This document shows positions 23,427 through 36,370 of a stretch of DNA of 64,000 nucleotides, piece after piece (positions within the stretch are counted from its first letter, which is position 1; each line of letters starts with the position of its first letter). A program made the position numbers and the translations under genes. The stretch is from Camelus dromedarius (Eukaryota). Under the pieces are notes generated by a model. That model searched no databases and was not told the origin of the DNA. It saw only the letters and a list, made by a program, of their open reading frames with translations. The DNA is taken from the NCBI RefSeq assembly GCF_036321535.1, contig NC_087453.1, forward strand, positions 23,560,001 through 23,624,000, given 5' to 3'.

Positions 23427-23435
23427 AGCCAATGG
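23427..23435 (+). promoter_or_regulatory. CCAAT box (NF-Y consensus AGCCAATGG), about -90, reverse orientation relative to PDYN
   Basis: Motif match at a typical distance from the TATA box. Confidence 0.6.
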
Positions 23436-23559
23436 GGAAGTAGCTCAGAGCAGTCAGAGGCGCAGACCCCGGGGCCCTCCAACCCCAACTCCCTGGGCCC
23501 GACACAATAGGCTTCTCTTCGTGACAGGGGATGTGGAGGAGGAAGGCAGCCGCGCTGGA

Positions 23560-23567
23560 GGGGGCGG
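23560..23567 (+). promoter_or_regulatory. GC box (Sp1/KLF) GGGGGCGG, about -220
   Basis: Motif match in the proximal promoter. Confidence 0.45.
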
Positions 23568-23639
23568 ATGCTGGGGGTAGTGCTGTTTGTCACTTGAAAT
23601 CCGGCCACTTCAGTCTGCGATGCGTTTCCAGGAGAGTGT

Positions 23640-24110
23640 CATAGAACAAGAGAGAGAGAGGTGGGGAAGGACAAAGCCCAAAAGAGTAGGGACACAGAGT
23701 CAGAGAGAGACAGAAAGACAGAGATATAGAGACTGGTGGAGACAGAGAGAGAGTCAGAGAGAGAGACAGAGATATATAGAGACATATGGAGACAGAGAGT
23801 CAGATAGACAAACAGATAAGAGACAGAGTCAGACAGATATAGAGACAGATGGAGACAGACAGAGGGAGAAAGGAGCAAAACAGAAAGATTCAGAGAGAAT
23901 CAGTATCAGAGAGAGGCCCCGTCAGAAGACGTGGAGAAATACAGACAAAGCCGGGGAGAAAGAGTCAGAAAATCACAGAGACTCGAAGAGAGCGTCAGGT
24001 GTCAGAGACGGGGAAACCCAAAGAGACAGACAGAAGCAGAGAGACAGAGGAAGAGGGAGAAGGAAGCCAGGACAGAAGACAGACTCAGAACCCACACGAC
24101 ACACAGATGC
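23640..24110 (+). repeat. GA-rich low-complexity tract (GAGACAGA-like units) in the PDYN upstream promoter
   Basis: About 470 bp of degenerate AG/ACAG repeats, strongly purine-skewed. Confidence 0.85.
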
Positions 24111-27100
24111 AGAGACGAGGCTGCCAGAGTCCTGTGATGTGGAGGGAAGCCAGCAGGGGTGTACGGGGCCCCGTGTCGTGAGTGGTGGTGGCCCCGCGTG
24201 TGGCTGGCGCGCGCGCGTGCTGGAATGTTTCTGTGCGTACGTTTGCCTGCAGCCGACAGTCGACTCGGGTACACGCCTGAGCTGGTGCCAGGCACAACCA
24301 GCCCTGGCAGAAACACAGCCCTTCCCAGCAGCCAGGAGCTGCGGTTTATTTTTCTCTGGCGGCAACACAAAACGAATATCATGAAATCCTCCTCAAGACA
24401 GGAGCTGCGATGCGCCTTTGCACGCACTCTGGGCAAAGGGTGTACCCTCTTCGGTGCACCCTCGGCCCCCGCCAGCAGCAGCTGAAAGGCTGTGCTCTTC
24501 ATGGCTGCAAATACCTTCCAGAATATAAGGAGTCTCTGAGTTTACAGAAGAATATGCTTCTCCCTTCAGTCAACAGCAGACCAGCAGTTTGTGGTGGGCG
24601 GCATGACTGTTTCAGAGCTCAGGCGGGGACTGCCCATTTTAATAGACACCTAAGCTGTGCTGGGCAGTTAGCCAACACTGTCAGGTTTAATCCTCAGGAC
24701 CTGGCCAGGTCATGAATATTATCCCCATTTTGCAGACAAGGAAAAATAGGCTTTGAGGGCTGAGAAACGTGCACAAAGACACACAGCAGGTAGGTCACCA
24801 AGCTAGGATCCAAACCCAGGTTTATCTGACCCTGAGGTTCCTGCTCACTCCCTCATCCTTCCTTAGACATGAAGCCTTGACTCTGCCTGCCCTGGGGGGT
24901 GGGGACAGGAACTTCCTCCTCTGGGACTGTCCCTCCACCTGCACAATGTAGGAGAGGGCTGTGCCTAGTACTATTTAGATGCGGACTGGATTCCCAGCTC
25001 TCTCTCACCAGGGCAGAGACCTTAGGCAAATTTCCAACCCAAGCCTCAGTTTGCTCATCTGTAAAATGGAGATAATGGTATCCAGATCACTGGGCTCTTG
25101 GGAGGGTGAGACGAGAGGATGTGCAAAACAGCACGTAACGAGTGCTCTGTGAGCATCTGTCCTGATGAACAATCACAGTGTTCCCTTTCTGACGCACCAG
25201 GGTTCTCTGGGGCATCATCCTCTCTCTGCCCCTGGTTCATTACAAGCAGGAAGACAGAAGGGGCCGTTTGCAGGGCACCTCCTCTGTTTCAGACACTTCT
25301 GTATGTTTCACTGTATCTTCACAACAAGCAAGCATGTGGGGTGGCTGTCATGCTGCATCCTCAAACCCATTAGGCAGCTGAAGTTCAAGGAGGCCCCAGG
25401 CACACAGGGATGGAGGAGGCATTGAACCCAGTCCCTCGGCCCCAAAGCTCAGCTCCCACACATCTCCCTCCAGCCCTGAGATGAAGTCTCCCTCCTCCCT
25501 TCCACAGAGGACTCTTTGCGATCCCAGTCTGGCCTCCCTTTTCCTCCTTGTCCCTTTCCCCAGGCAGTGCCTTGGATCTGACAGGCAGATGCAAAGACTC
25601 CAGGTGCCTGGGTAGGAGTCCCACCCCCAGTGTCCCATGGCCGTGGCCTGGGTTCAGCAAGTGCTTGGCCGCACCTCATCTCCCTGCCTGGCAACCCACA
25701 GGGCTTGGCTACAGACTGTTGACTGTCACCTGGTGATCTGGAACCCGGGTAGCTTCTTTATCCCTGAAGCCAAATCCTCACCCCCGTGGCTCTCTGTCCT
25801 CCTTACTGTTCACCTCCTCCTCCTGACCTCCACCTCCATGAGCTCTTGCTAATAACCTTGCATAGACAAAGGCCCTGAGAGATGAGCTACCCATTCCTGG
25901 AAGCCAGCAGGCACTACAATAGAGGAGTAGGGGCCTTTCTTTACCACAAGGAGAAGTACAGACAGAGAGGGTAGAGATGCTGTGGATAATCCTGCCTTAA
26001 GCCATTAATGTTTCATATCCTTCACCCTGGGAGTCTGTTGTCAGCCTCAAGAGCAAATGGTTCATTCATTTGCTTTTCCCTTCTTTGTGCAACATCCTTT
26101 ACACACACACAGGGCAAAGCCAGAAACAGCTTTTTCCATTAGTCCTGGAGGAGCTTGTCATAAGGCTCACCCCATCCTGGGCCATGCAGTGCTCTGCATC
26201 GATGCTCGCGGGCCCCAAGGGCAGCAGCATGTGGGATGGGAGACCACGGAGTCGGTACAAGCTCATTTGGGCTTGAATCAAAATGATCCTGCTTCCTCCC
26301 TGTGTGGTGACCAGTGGATATCTGGCCTCCCTGAGCTCCTGAGTCATCTGAAGACAGGGGGATGGCATTCGCCTCGTGCGGGGTCAAGACTGTCCCCAAC
26401 TTTGCCACACTCCCTTCCCCGCACGTCCTCAGTGCTCACATCTCTCATTCAGACCTTGAACCAAAAGCGAAGACTGAAGAGCAGGAGGTATTTGAAACCA
26501 CCAGCACTCAAACCATTCCGGTAGGTGGGAAGAAGGAAGAACTTGGCAGAAGACAGGAGAAGTGAAAAGGAAAGCCAGCATTTCTTAAGGCCGTCCTACC
26601 TGGTGGGCCCTGTTGTAAACGGTTCACAGCTATTAATGCGCTTGATTTTTCCCAACAGCCCTGCAATTAATTAGATGCGATTCCCACCCCGCTCTACAGT
26701 GAAGACAAGGAACAGGCGGTGAGAAGGTTTGTCACTTGCACGAAGTCCTGCAGCTAGAAAACCGCAGAACACGCCGGAAGCCGGGCCACCAGACTCCAGG
26801 CTGGTCCCATCTGCGAGCTGCATCACCTCCCAGCCTCTCCCTGCCCCGGTTCTGTCTCATACACGAAGCTCCGTGCATTCTCTCTACCCACCTGTTGCAT
26901 CGGGAGGTAGGAGCAGCTGACATGGGTCACTCGGGAAGATTCCAGCAGAATTTAGTCCCCACCCTCAGGTCAGCTTCCGGTCTTCATGCTACACGGGCCC
27001 CGTGTGACTCAGGGGACCCACACTGGCTGCTGGTTGCAGGAGCCGCATCTGTGTGTGGCCGCCACAGGGACAGGGAAAGTCAGAAGCTGTACTTGACGGG

Positions 27101-27689
27101 TAGCAATGCCCAGTCTCTCTCTCTCTCTCTGAGTTTCATTTTGAAATGTCACAATGTGCTTGGCCCTAGCAGTGAAATGTGCTGCACACAATTTTGCCCT
27201 CTTTGTCCTCATGGTCTGGGGTGGGAGGCAGATGTAGGGACAGGCAGTTCCTAGAGGTATGAGGCGGGCAGGGATAGGAGACCCAGAATAACGTGGAAAC
27301 ACTGAAGAGGGGCTCCTGACCCAGCCCGGTGGAGAGAGTCAGGGAGGGTTTCCTGGCGAAGTGAGAGCCAGGTGAGCTGATGCCCCAGTAGGAGTTGCCC
27401 AGGCACAGGCAGGGAAGGGCACCTGGCAGAGGGGACAGCTGAGGCAAAGGCCTGGAGGCAAGGAGAGTTGTGGGGGAGTCACCTTGATGCCCCTGATTCT
27501 CTGGCCCCAAATCCAGGTCATCAGATGTCTTCACAGTTTATGGCTCCATTGCCCTGGGCTGGCTGCCATCACTTCTCTCTGGGGTGACCGTCCCTGCTTC
27601 CAGCTTTAGCCTGTACCTACCACTGGCTCCTCTGAAGCTAGAGAGATTGTTTCAAAAATGTAACTCAGTTTGAAACACTCCAGTGGTTT

Positions 27690-28150
27690 TCATCCTACTT
27701 GGAATAAGATCCACACTCCTTACTGGCAGGGTCTGTTCTCTGCCGACCGTTTGCTTCCTGCTTCCTGCCTGCTCACTGCTCTGCAGCCGCCCTGCGTCCC
27801 GGCTGTTCCCCAGACACACCAAACACACTCCTGCTTCACAGACTTTGCATGTGCTGTGTCTTCCATCTGGAACACCCCTTGCCTTCATCTAGGTTTTGGC
27901 TTAAATGTCACTTCCTCATCAGGCCCCTTGCCCACCCTTCACCCCATCGATCCCGACCCCTTGCCCAACTCCATTATATTCACAGCATTTGTCTCTGGCT
28001 GAGTGATGTATCAGTTTGTCTGATCACTGCCTGTCCCCGCCAGTGGATATAAACGATGAAGGCAGGCACACTGTTGACTCGCTGTGTCCCTGGCACCTAA
28101 AACAGTGCCTGGCACAGAGTAGGTGCTCCGTAAACATTTGTTGAGTCAGT
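27690..28150 (+). mobile_element. L2 LINE 3' end
   Basis: CTTTGCATGTGCTGTGTCTTCCATCTGGAAC...CAGTGCCTGGCACAGAGTAGGTGCTC...TTTGTTGAGT. Confidence 0.7.
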
Positions 28151-28634
28151 GACTAAAAGAACTACCAGTCGCTTTTGTGGCTGGAACACAGAGCACAAGG
28201 CAGGGATGGGGAGAGGAGAGGATGATGGCTGTGGGACCTGAACACAAGGTGAAGTATGTGTAGCACTTTATCTGAAGAGCATTTGGAGGCTGGGAATAGT
28301 TCTCCACGAGGATCTAGAGCCCAGTGATCTGGAGAAGTGAGTTACTCAACCATTTCCATTCTGTTCATGAGCATTTCTTAATGCTCTGATGCTGGTGACC
28401 CAGATTCAAATCCAAGTTGATTGCTGTTACAAGTTCAGAGTCCAGTGGGGGGACATATGAAGGACATAAAAAATTATAGGGTAGGTGCAAAAGTAAAGCA
28501 ATGAAGGATACAGAAGTAGCAGTGATTAAGTTTGAGACTGTAAGGAATGTTTAGGAAGGCCTCTCTGAATGGGTAACATCTGAGGTGGGTTTTAAAGGAT
28601 GAATAGGAGTTTGTCAAGCAAACAAAGATCTCCA

Positions 28635-29300
28635 AATGCACCTCAAAGAGCCAATGTCAAGGATGTGGAGAAATAGGAACGCTCCTGCATTGTGGTGGGG
28701 ATGTACAATGGTACAGCTGCTATGGAAAAAATGTTGGTGGCCCCTCAAAATGTTAAACACAGAATCACCATACGGCCCAACAATTCTGCTCCTAAGTATA
28801 TACCCAAAAGAATCAAAAATAGGGACTCAGATTCTTGTACAGCAATGTTCATAGCAACATTATTCACAATATCCAAAGGGTTAAAACAAATCAGTGTCTA
28901 TCAATAGCCAAGTAGGTAAACAAAATGTAGACTATACNNNNNNNNNNNNNNNNNNNNNNNNNNNNNNNNNNNNNNNNNNNNNNNNNNNNNNNNNNNNNNN
29001 NNNNNNNNNNNNNNNNNNNNNNNNNNNNNNNNNNNNNNNNNNNNNNNNNNNNNNNNNNNNNNNNNNNNNNNNNNNNNNNNNNNNNNNNNNGTGTAGACAA
29101 ATTCATAGTGACAGAAAGTAGAACGGAAGTTACTAAGGGCTGGGAGGGAGGGAAATAGTGACATTGCTTAAACGGCACAGAGTTTTTTGGGGGGATGGAT
29201 GATGAAAAAGTTCTGGAAATCAATTGCAATGATGGCTGCACAATGTTCTGAATGTCCTCGATGTCACTAAACTGTACCCTTGAAAATGGTTAAAACAGAG
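28635..29300 (+). mobile_element. L1MB-like 3' end, interrupted by an N gap
   Basis: GGATGTGGAGAAATAGGAAC...CAATTCTGCTCCTAAGTATATACCCAAAAG...TGTTCATAGCAACATTATTCACAATA...GATGGCTGCACAATG. Confidence 0.85.
28938..29090. other. Assembly gap (153 N) within L1
   Basis: N run. Confidence 0.99.
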
Positions 29301-32300
29301 AGGGCAGGAAAGACCTGGGGAGGAAGGTGCCTGTTTTCCTGGTGGAGGAAAGCTCTCCAGTAGCAATGAGGCAGCAGAGGGAAAGCAGTGTTTTCTTCTC
29401 TCAGCCAAGAGGGCAGACAGATGCCAGCGGCTGAGTCGGTGAACCGGAATTGGAGGGAACATCGTTCCCCAAAGGGCCAAACGTCCCCTCCTCTCCCGTG
29501 TGCCTCAGCTGGCGGCAGACCTTTCTGGCTCCGGCTGATAGTTGTCCGACATCGGTTTGACGCCCGTCGCCCTGCTGAGTCGTCTCCTTGGGTCACCCCA
29601 TTTAATCCTTGTGGACCCTGCAGGTGGGTGCTGTTATTCCCTGACTCAGTCGGAGGAAGAACCCGAACTCAGGGAGGCAGTGACTCAGCTAAGAGCACAC
29701 AGCTCTCAAGAGGAAGACAACCCAAGCTCGAGTGACTCTGCCCCCAAAGCGCATGCCGAGAACTCCTGCCTCACGGAGGCAAGCGAAGGCGGGAGAGCAG
29801 CAAGTGCGTAAACGGCAGCGTTCGCTGCGCGATGCCGGGACGGGTGTGCACGGTCCTTCGTAAGCTCTCAGGAGCCCTGGGAGGGGAGCGCTGTAAGCTA
29901 CACTCTGCAGATGAAGAAACTGAGGCCCAGAGAGGTGAAATGACCCCCCACAGCGGGTAAGGGGTGGAGCCAGGGCTTGCATCAAGGTCTCACTCCAGAG
30001 TGCAGTGTTACCTCTCCCGGACGCTCCTCTGTCAGTCCCAGCCACCTGGGAACAGGTCCCCAACCAGAATCCAGCCCGCATGTAGCAAGAAGGGACACCT
30101 GTTGACTAAGCCCCTGTTGTGTTTTGAATCTTGAACTATAGACTTCACGTTCACGACCACACACGGGGCCCACATTGACCTCAGCCACAGTTGAACAAGA
30201 GGTTAGTGGTGGGAAATGTTTTTAACCAAGTGGAAAAGGGAAAAACCATGTATCAAATCCCTGCTAGGTGGTAGGTACTGCTCCCAAACCACCTCGCTGA
30301 CCCCTCCCAACACCCCTGGGACGTAGATGTCATTAACTCCACTTTGCAGATGGGGAACCTGAGTCAGGGCAGTGCAGTCCCTTGCCCGATGTTGCACAGC
30401 CAGTAAGTGGTAGAGCCAGTCTGTCTGCCTCAAAAGCCTGGGCTGTTTGCACTCACCAAGCTGCTTCTCAAAAGCCATCAGTTCTGAAATTCCTCAGCAG
30501 CAGCCTGGGCATCAGCAGGAGGACAGATCCACCGAGGGATCCCAGATACTAGATCTGAAAGGAGACCCTCAATCCGAGAGCCGCCTGCCACCACCCACGA
30601 GCTCCACGAGGCACATCGCTCCTAATGACAGCTCTTAATAGGAAGGGAGTTTCTTTTTTGCCACAGGGGGAGATTAAATTGCTTTTTTTCTCAATCTATG
30701 AATCTTACAGTTTCTCCTAAATCCTATCGAACTGACAGGTTGCCACCTGTTCTGCATTCATTCCACAAAATGCTCTCAGAGTATCTGCCACAGGCCAGGT
30801 TCTCTGCTAAACACTCAGCTGCATGGCCGAGAAGACCCAGTCCCTGCCTTCTGGGGATCACAGTCTGGTGGGGATGGTAGAAAGTAAACAGCTAATTTCA
30901 GTGCCATGTAGGAAAGTCGGAGATAGGGGTGACTGTGGAATCACAGAAGAGGGGTACCCAAGTCAGCCTGACTGATGATGGATGTCATCCTGCAGCTGGA
31001 GATGGAGGCTGGGTTTTAGAGACTGAGTAGGAGTGTGTCATGGTGACCGGTCAGGGTTCAGTGCAGAAGAAGGAGACACCTCAGGCTTCTATAAGTAAAA
31101 AGAGATTTAATATAGAGAACTGGGAAATTTTCAGGGTGTTGGCTGGGGTGGGCAGTGGGGCAGGCACTGCTGGAGGAGTAGACTGGGCCTCCAGGAATGA
31201 CTCCCAGAGCACTGCATGACTACCGGCCACACAGTCAGAAAGCAGGCCAACAGGATGCCATCCCTGCATGTGGGGACTTCAAGAGCTCAGCACCACATGA
31301 TGATCCTGGAGTCTAGAAGCTGGGACCACTGGTCTCTGAGATGCTGCTGCAGAAAGCCCACACCCCCGTGACTGCTCTTGCTCGAAGAAGCAGCAGGAAG
31401 ACGGCCTCCATTTCATTCCATCGTGTCAGCCTCACACAAGTCTAGGTAATTGTCAGGATGTAATTTGCACCCAGAACCCTAGCTGCAAGGGAATCTGGGG
31501 AAAATAGTTTTCATCTCTGCAGTCCAGAAAAGGTACATGATCAAAAAGCGGGAGGTCATGGGATTGGGTGCTGAGAGCCAAGCAAACATATCCACTGCAT
31601 GTGGGAAGGAAATAAAAGAGGTTTCCTCTTCTGCCCCCACACTGAGCCCTTTTACCAGGTCAACACTCACCAGGTGGTGTGGAAGCTGCCCACAAAGTCC
31701 CCCGCCCTGTGGCCCACACAGAGCAGGGCAGTTATGAGGAAACCGAGGTCCAGAGAGGCAGAGCTACTGTCTTAAGGCTTCACAACCACTGCATGGCCAG
31801 CTGGACCTAGAACTTAGTTGTTCCCATTTTGTCACTCTGTCCTGCCTGCCACCTCAATGCCCTCTGCTTCACCTTCTGGGGCTCACCCTGCCCAGGCTGG
31901 GGCTTAGCTAGACTGGGGGTTGTGATGCAGGTGGAAAATGTTCAGCCTCTGGAGTCAGATGGGCTGTCTGTGCTTCTCCTAGCTGCATGGCCCTGGGCAA
32001 GTTTCTTGAGTCCAGTGGCCTCCTCTATGAAATGGACATAATGGTGGCACAGAATTGTGATGAGAACCCAGCTAATGTACCTAAAAGGGCATAGAGTAAG
32101 TACTTTCTAAATGGAGATAGTATGACTAGTTCTACAATACTATTATTCACTTTTGTACTGCTATTTTTATTATTAATAGTAGATCATCTACCCCAGTTCA
32201 AGATGAAAAATTTGAAAAATTTTATACTGGTTTAACCTGCATTTTTCTTCTCCTACATCATAGCAGCATCAAAAGATGCTCTTTAACTCCTTCCATCATC

Positions 32301-33163
32301 CTAGCCCACTTATACCTATCAGTTTCTAATGAAACATGTAGATTCCTCCCCTCATAAAGGTCCTCAGAAATATATACCCAGAGACCCACAAGTACCCTCA
32401 GGCTCACGTACAGTGTCACACCAAACACACACTGATACACACACACACACACAGAGCAATCGCAGCAGCATGCATGCAAATAAACCCTCCGACAAACAGA
32501 TCTCACACCCCCAGTTCTGTGGCACATCCAGGAATACTGGAAGCTGCAGGAAGAGTAGCTGAGAAGCCCTGTTCCTGACTTTCCTTTGAATAACTGGTCA
32601 GCAACAGCTCACGGCTCTCCATAACTCTTGTTGAATGCCCTTTATCAGTCTAATTCTGAGTCTTCAGCCTGGGTACCATCTCAGATAAAATAATAATTTT
32701 CCATTATAGCCTCTCCATCTCTGAGTCATCCTTACAAGTCCCTGGAATAATGGCACTTAAGGAAGGAGCTTTCTGAACACCCCAAATTCCTACAGAAAAG
32801 TTCAGCTTCTTTGGTGAAGCATTTACGTGCTAGGAAGGGTGCGTGGAGCGACATAGTTTCCACATTTGAGAAAAGTAAGTGGGAGGGACTATCAGACAAC
32901 TGTGCAGTGCAGATCGTCATTTAAATAAAATCCCCACGGGGCTGCTTGGCAGAGTTAAATCACTCTGTGCCTCTATGGAGGTGTCTCAGAACAGCTTCTC
33001 TCCTTTCTTCTGCTGCACCATCGAGAAAGGCAGCGTGGAGCAGTGGGAACATCCTGGAGTTTGATCCTGAGCTCGTGTCTGATCATCATTTCCAGACTAT
33101 ATATAACTGGGCGAGTAGCGTGCCTCTCTGAGTAACGGCTGCTTTATAAACAGAGAACAATGA

Positions 33164-33390
33164 TTAAGAGTAAAGCCTCTAGAGTCAGAGTGCCTGGTTC
33201 TGCCCCTGACTAGCTGTGTGATCTTTGGCAAATTACTTAATATCTCTGGCCTCTAATTTCCTTATCTGTGAAATAGGAATAATAATGACACTTATCTCAT
33301 AGGGTGGTTGCAAATATAAATTAATATATATATAATGCTTAGGAAAATGCCTACTACACACTCAGTGTTCAATAAGTGCCAGCTATTCTC
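33164..33390 (+). mobile_element. Near full-length MIR
   Basis: Matches the MIR consensus from TTAAGAG...CTCTAGAGTCAGA to TCAATAAGTGCCAGCTATT. Confidence 0.75.
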
Positions 33391-35482
33391 ATCACTACTA
33401 CCTTCCAACATAGTTGGGGGGATTAGGAGAGATTAAGAATGAGATTGTGCCATGGAAGAAGCAGAGATATTGGGTGCTACCATAATCAAAGTTAGCTTCG
33501 CAGGGAATTGCTTTTAAAAAAAAAAAAAAAAAGCCAAACGTGAACTCCATGTTTGAGATCCAAGGAAAAATCATTACTGCAAATGGCTTTGGGGTCAGAC
33601 AGATTTGGAACTGAGTCCTATTTCTTCTCTTAAGCACTCTGTGACCCTAGATAAGTCGCTTAAACTTTCCAAGCTTCAGTTTCTCATTTGTCAAATAAAT
33701 AAACATTATTCTGACAAAATCTCAAAGATGCTGATGATACTATGGCAACAAAGCCAGGTGTATAAAATTTCTTTGCAACCTAGGACCAGTGAAGAAGGGG
33801 ATCTTGTTTGGCAGGATTTTGTTCGGGGACTTGGGAGTCTCCTTATGGGGATGATAAGGAAACTCCAACCACCTCACGGAGCTGACTTGAAGACTGAGTG
33901 AAATTCTTAGCAAAGATGCCTGGAATACATGTCCCTTTCCCCATGCTGTCTGGCAGGAAGTAGCCCACATTGCTTTCCTCTGTTTACTGAGCCTCAGTGG
34001 TGGGGGTGATTCTAAAGCACTTGTTTCTGAGGTGTAGCCTACTCTAGTCCAGTCTTGTTCTTGTCTCTCAAGAGGCTCTACTGGAGAGCAGACAGGAATC
34101 AGAGGGAAGTGGCTTTGCCAGGCCTTCTGCTCTCTGGAGCTTCTTACTTGCCTTTAGACAGTCTGGTTCCATCCAGGGACTCATTTCCTCTTCTCCTCAG
34201 CTCCTAGACCAAAGACTTATATTAAACAATGATCTTTGGGTAAGCAGTAGGTACCCAGAAAATGTTGGCTGAATAAATATTACATCGCTAACTACCACTA
34301 GCCTCCATTAATTAGATCTTTAGACATGGTGAGATCTGTAAAGACGAGGAGTCTAATTATCCTAGTGTCCCTGGTGGCATCCAGAGCGTTGTGGTTTATC
34401 CATGGCATGTGCAGTAGTAACTGTCATTTTGTAAGTGTTTCTTCTATTGTGAGCATCTTGCTTTGTCCTCCTCAAGACACAGATCTGGTCTCTGTGTGTT
34501 TATCCAACCTTTTCTAATGTCCTTTTTGATAAATCTGCTCCATCCGAACTGGCCTCTTTGCTGTTCCTTGGACATCCATCTTGTTCCCGCCTCCCTTTTG
34601 CTCTTTTTGTGTCTGCTGCCTAGCACACTGCCCTTCCCCAGTATTTATATGTCTTATTATCTCAATTAGTTCACATCTATACTCAAATGGCACCTCCTCA
34701 AAGAGGTCTCCCATGATCATCTTACCTAAAAGAGCATTCCCTGTCATTATCTATCCTCTTGCCTGAAACTGTACTACACATTCCTTTGTATATTTGTTTA
34801 TTTCATGTCTTGCCTACTGGAATGTAAGTTCTGGGAAGCCAGAGATCTTATCTTTCGTGTGCCTGATTGTATCTGGAACTCCTATAACAGTGCCATTCTA
34901 TAAATATTTATAGAATGAATGAATTAGTGAACAAACATATTGTCACATGAAATACTGGTCAAAATGAATTCTTGCCAGTGTAACACTCACCCAACTCCAG
35001 ACTGTCAATCTCAGGCCCTGCCTCTCTCTGGTTTCCCCATAGCCAGTTCTAACTCAGATCTGGCCACATTCTTAGGGGACAGACATGGATGAGATCAGCT
35101 GGGGGAAGCATCTATGACTGATGCCTTTTCCTCACTCAGGAAGAAGCTGGAAAAAGGGTCCACCAATTTTCAACAATATTTTCAAATAGGGCTTTATCAG
35201 GCTATGGGCTCCTAGTACCTTCCCTATTGTAGAGATTATCACCCTGGTTATTAAGAACACCTATCTCTGCTGTGTTTCCAGCTAGCAAGAAATGCCAAGT
35301 GGGGACAGCTGGGGGAAAAAAAAAACCCACCAGCTTTGAATTCTAAGATACGGCAAAATGAAGCTGTCACTATTAGCCAGTGAAAAGCTGGCTCATTCTT
35401 CCCTTCTCTACTCACTTCCCCTGGGCTCCATTTTCAGCCTCAGCACCTGCGCTGCCTCATGCCGAGAAGCAGGAATTTGCTT

Positions 35483-35503
35483 TTCAGCACCACGGACAGC
35501 AAT
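35483..35503 (+). promoter_or_regulatory. Canonical RE1/NRSE (REST-binding site)
   Basis: TTCAGCACCACGGACAGCAAT: the first 18 nt match the RE1 consensus TTCAGCACCNCGGACAGC exactly. About 12.1 kb upstream of the PDYN TSS. Confidence 0.92.
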
Positions 35504-36370
35504 CTGCTGGCAGCCGGGAAGGCAGAGGAAGCCAGAACTTGGGGCATCTGTGGAGCCAAACAAATATTTACCAACCACATCCTGGAGCCAGGCACACTGG
35601 AGAATATAAAGATTTATGTGGTCTTGACCTTCAAATCACTTAAACTTTTCAAGTCATCAACATTCCTAGACTGATACAGCTGGGCCAATGCCCCAAACTT
35701 CTTGATATTTGAAAAGTGGGGAGAATCAAAGGGAAAATGTTTTCCAACAGTTGTTGAATTTCTGCTGTGTGTTTGCCATCTAATATGTCATCTAATTTTC
35801 TCACTAGATTACCACCCTCAAAGAGAACAGGTACTGCCATGTCCTATGCACTGTTATATTCCAAGTACCCAGCACGGTGCCTGGCACATGGCAGATACTC
35901 ATTAGTTTTTGAATGGCTGTGTGAAGAAATTCTTACAAAATTCTGTTTTACTCCTTGTCTTGTTACCCTTATTTTACAGATGAGAAATCTGAGGCTCAGA
36001 GAACTACCTTCTCATGACAGCTATTAAGTGGTAGAGCTTGGATTCAAAACCAGGACCTCCAGATTTCACACTATGCTGCCAATCAGAGGCACTTACTATG
36101 TGCTGGCACTCTTGGGTCCTAGAGAAAAGTTCTAGCCACAGAGAGACTAGTTCTCAACTTAAAATAGACTTTCAGTAAATCACAACCTTGAGTAAATCAC
36201 ACTTTTCTTTCTGGCTTCAGTTTCCCCACGTGTAAAATGAGGAAAAGTGGTTGGTACGGCTAAAGGCTCCCCTCTCCCCACACCTGGCTTGTAAGCCACC
36301 CTGCCCCCCAACTGCCACTGTCCCCTGCTCCCCCTAAACTTGATTAGGCATCTGTCACAGTTGGGAAAGG

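Noticed and set aside
23587-24384. 265-aa + strand ORF over the PDYN promoter
   Set aside because: Produced by the GA-rich low-complexity tract (R/E/Q/T-rich, stop-poor). Non-ATG start and no recognisable domain.
24400-24760. Expected position of the human 68-bp promoter VNTR
   Set aside because: No tandem repeat is visible here and I cannot place the single-copy ortholog without an alignment.
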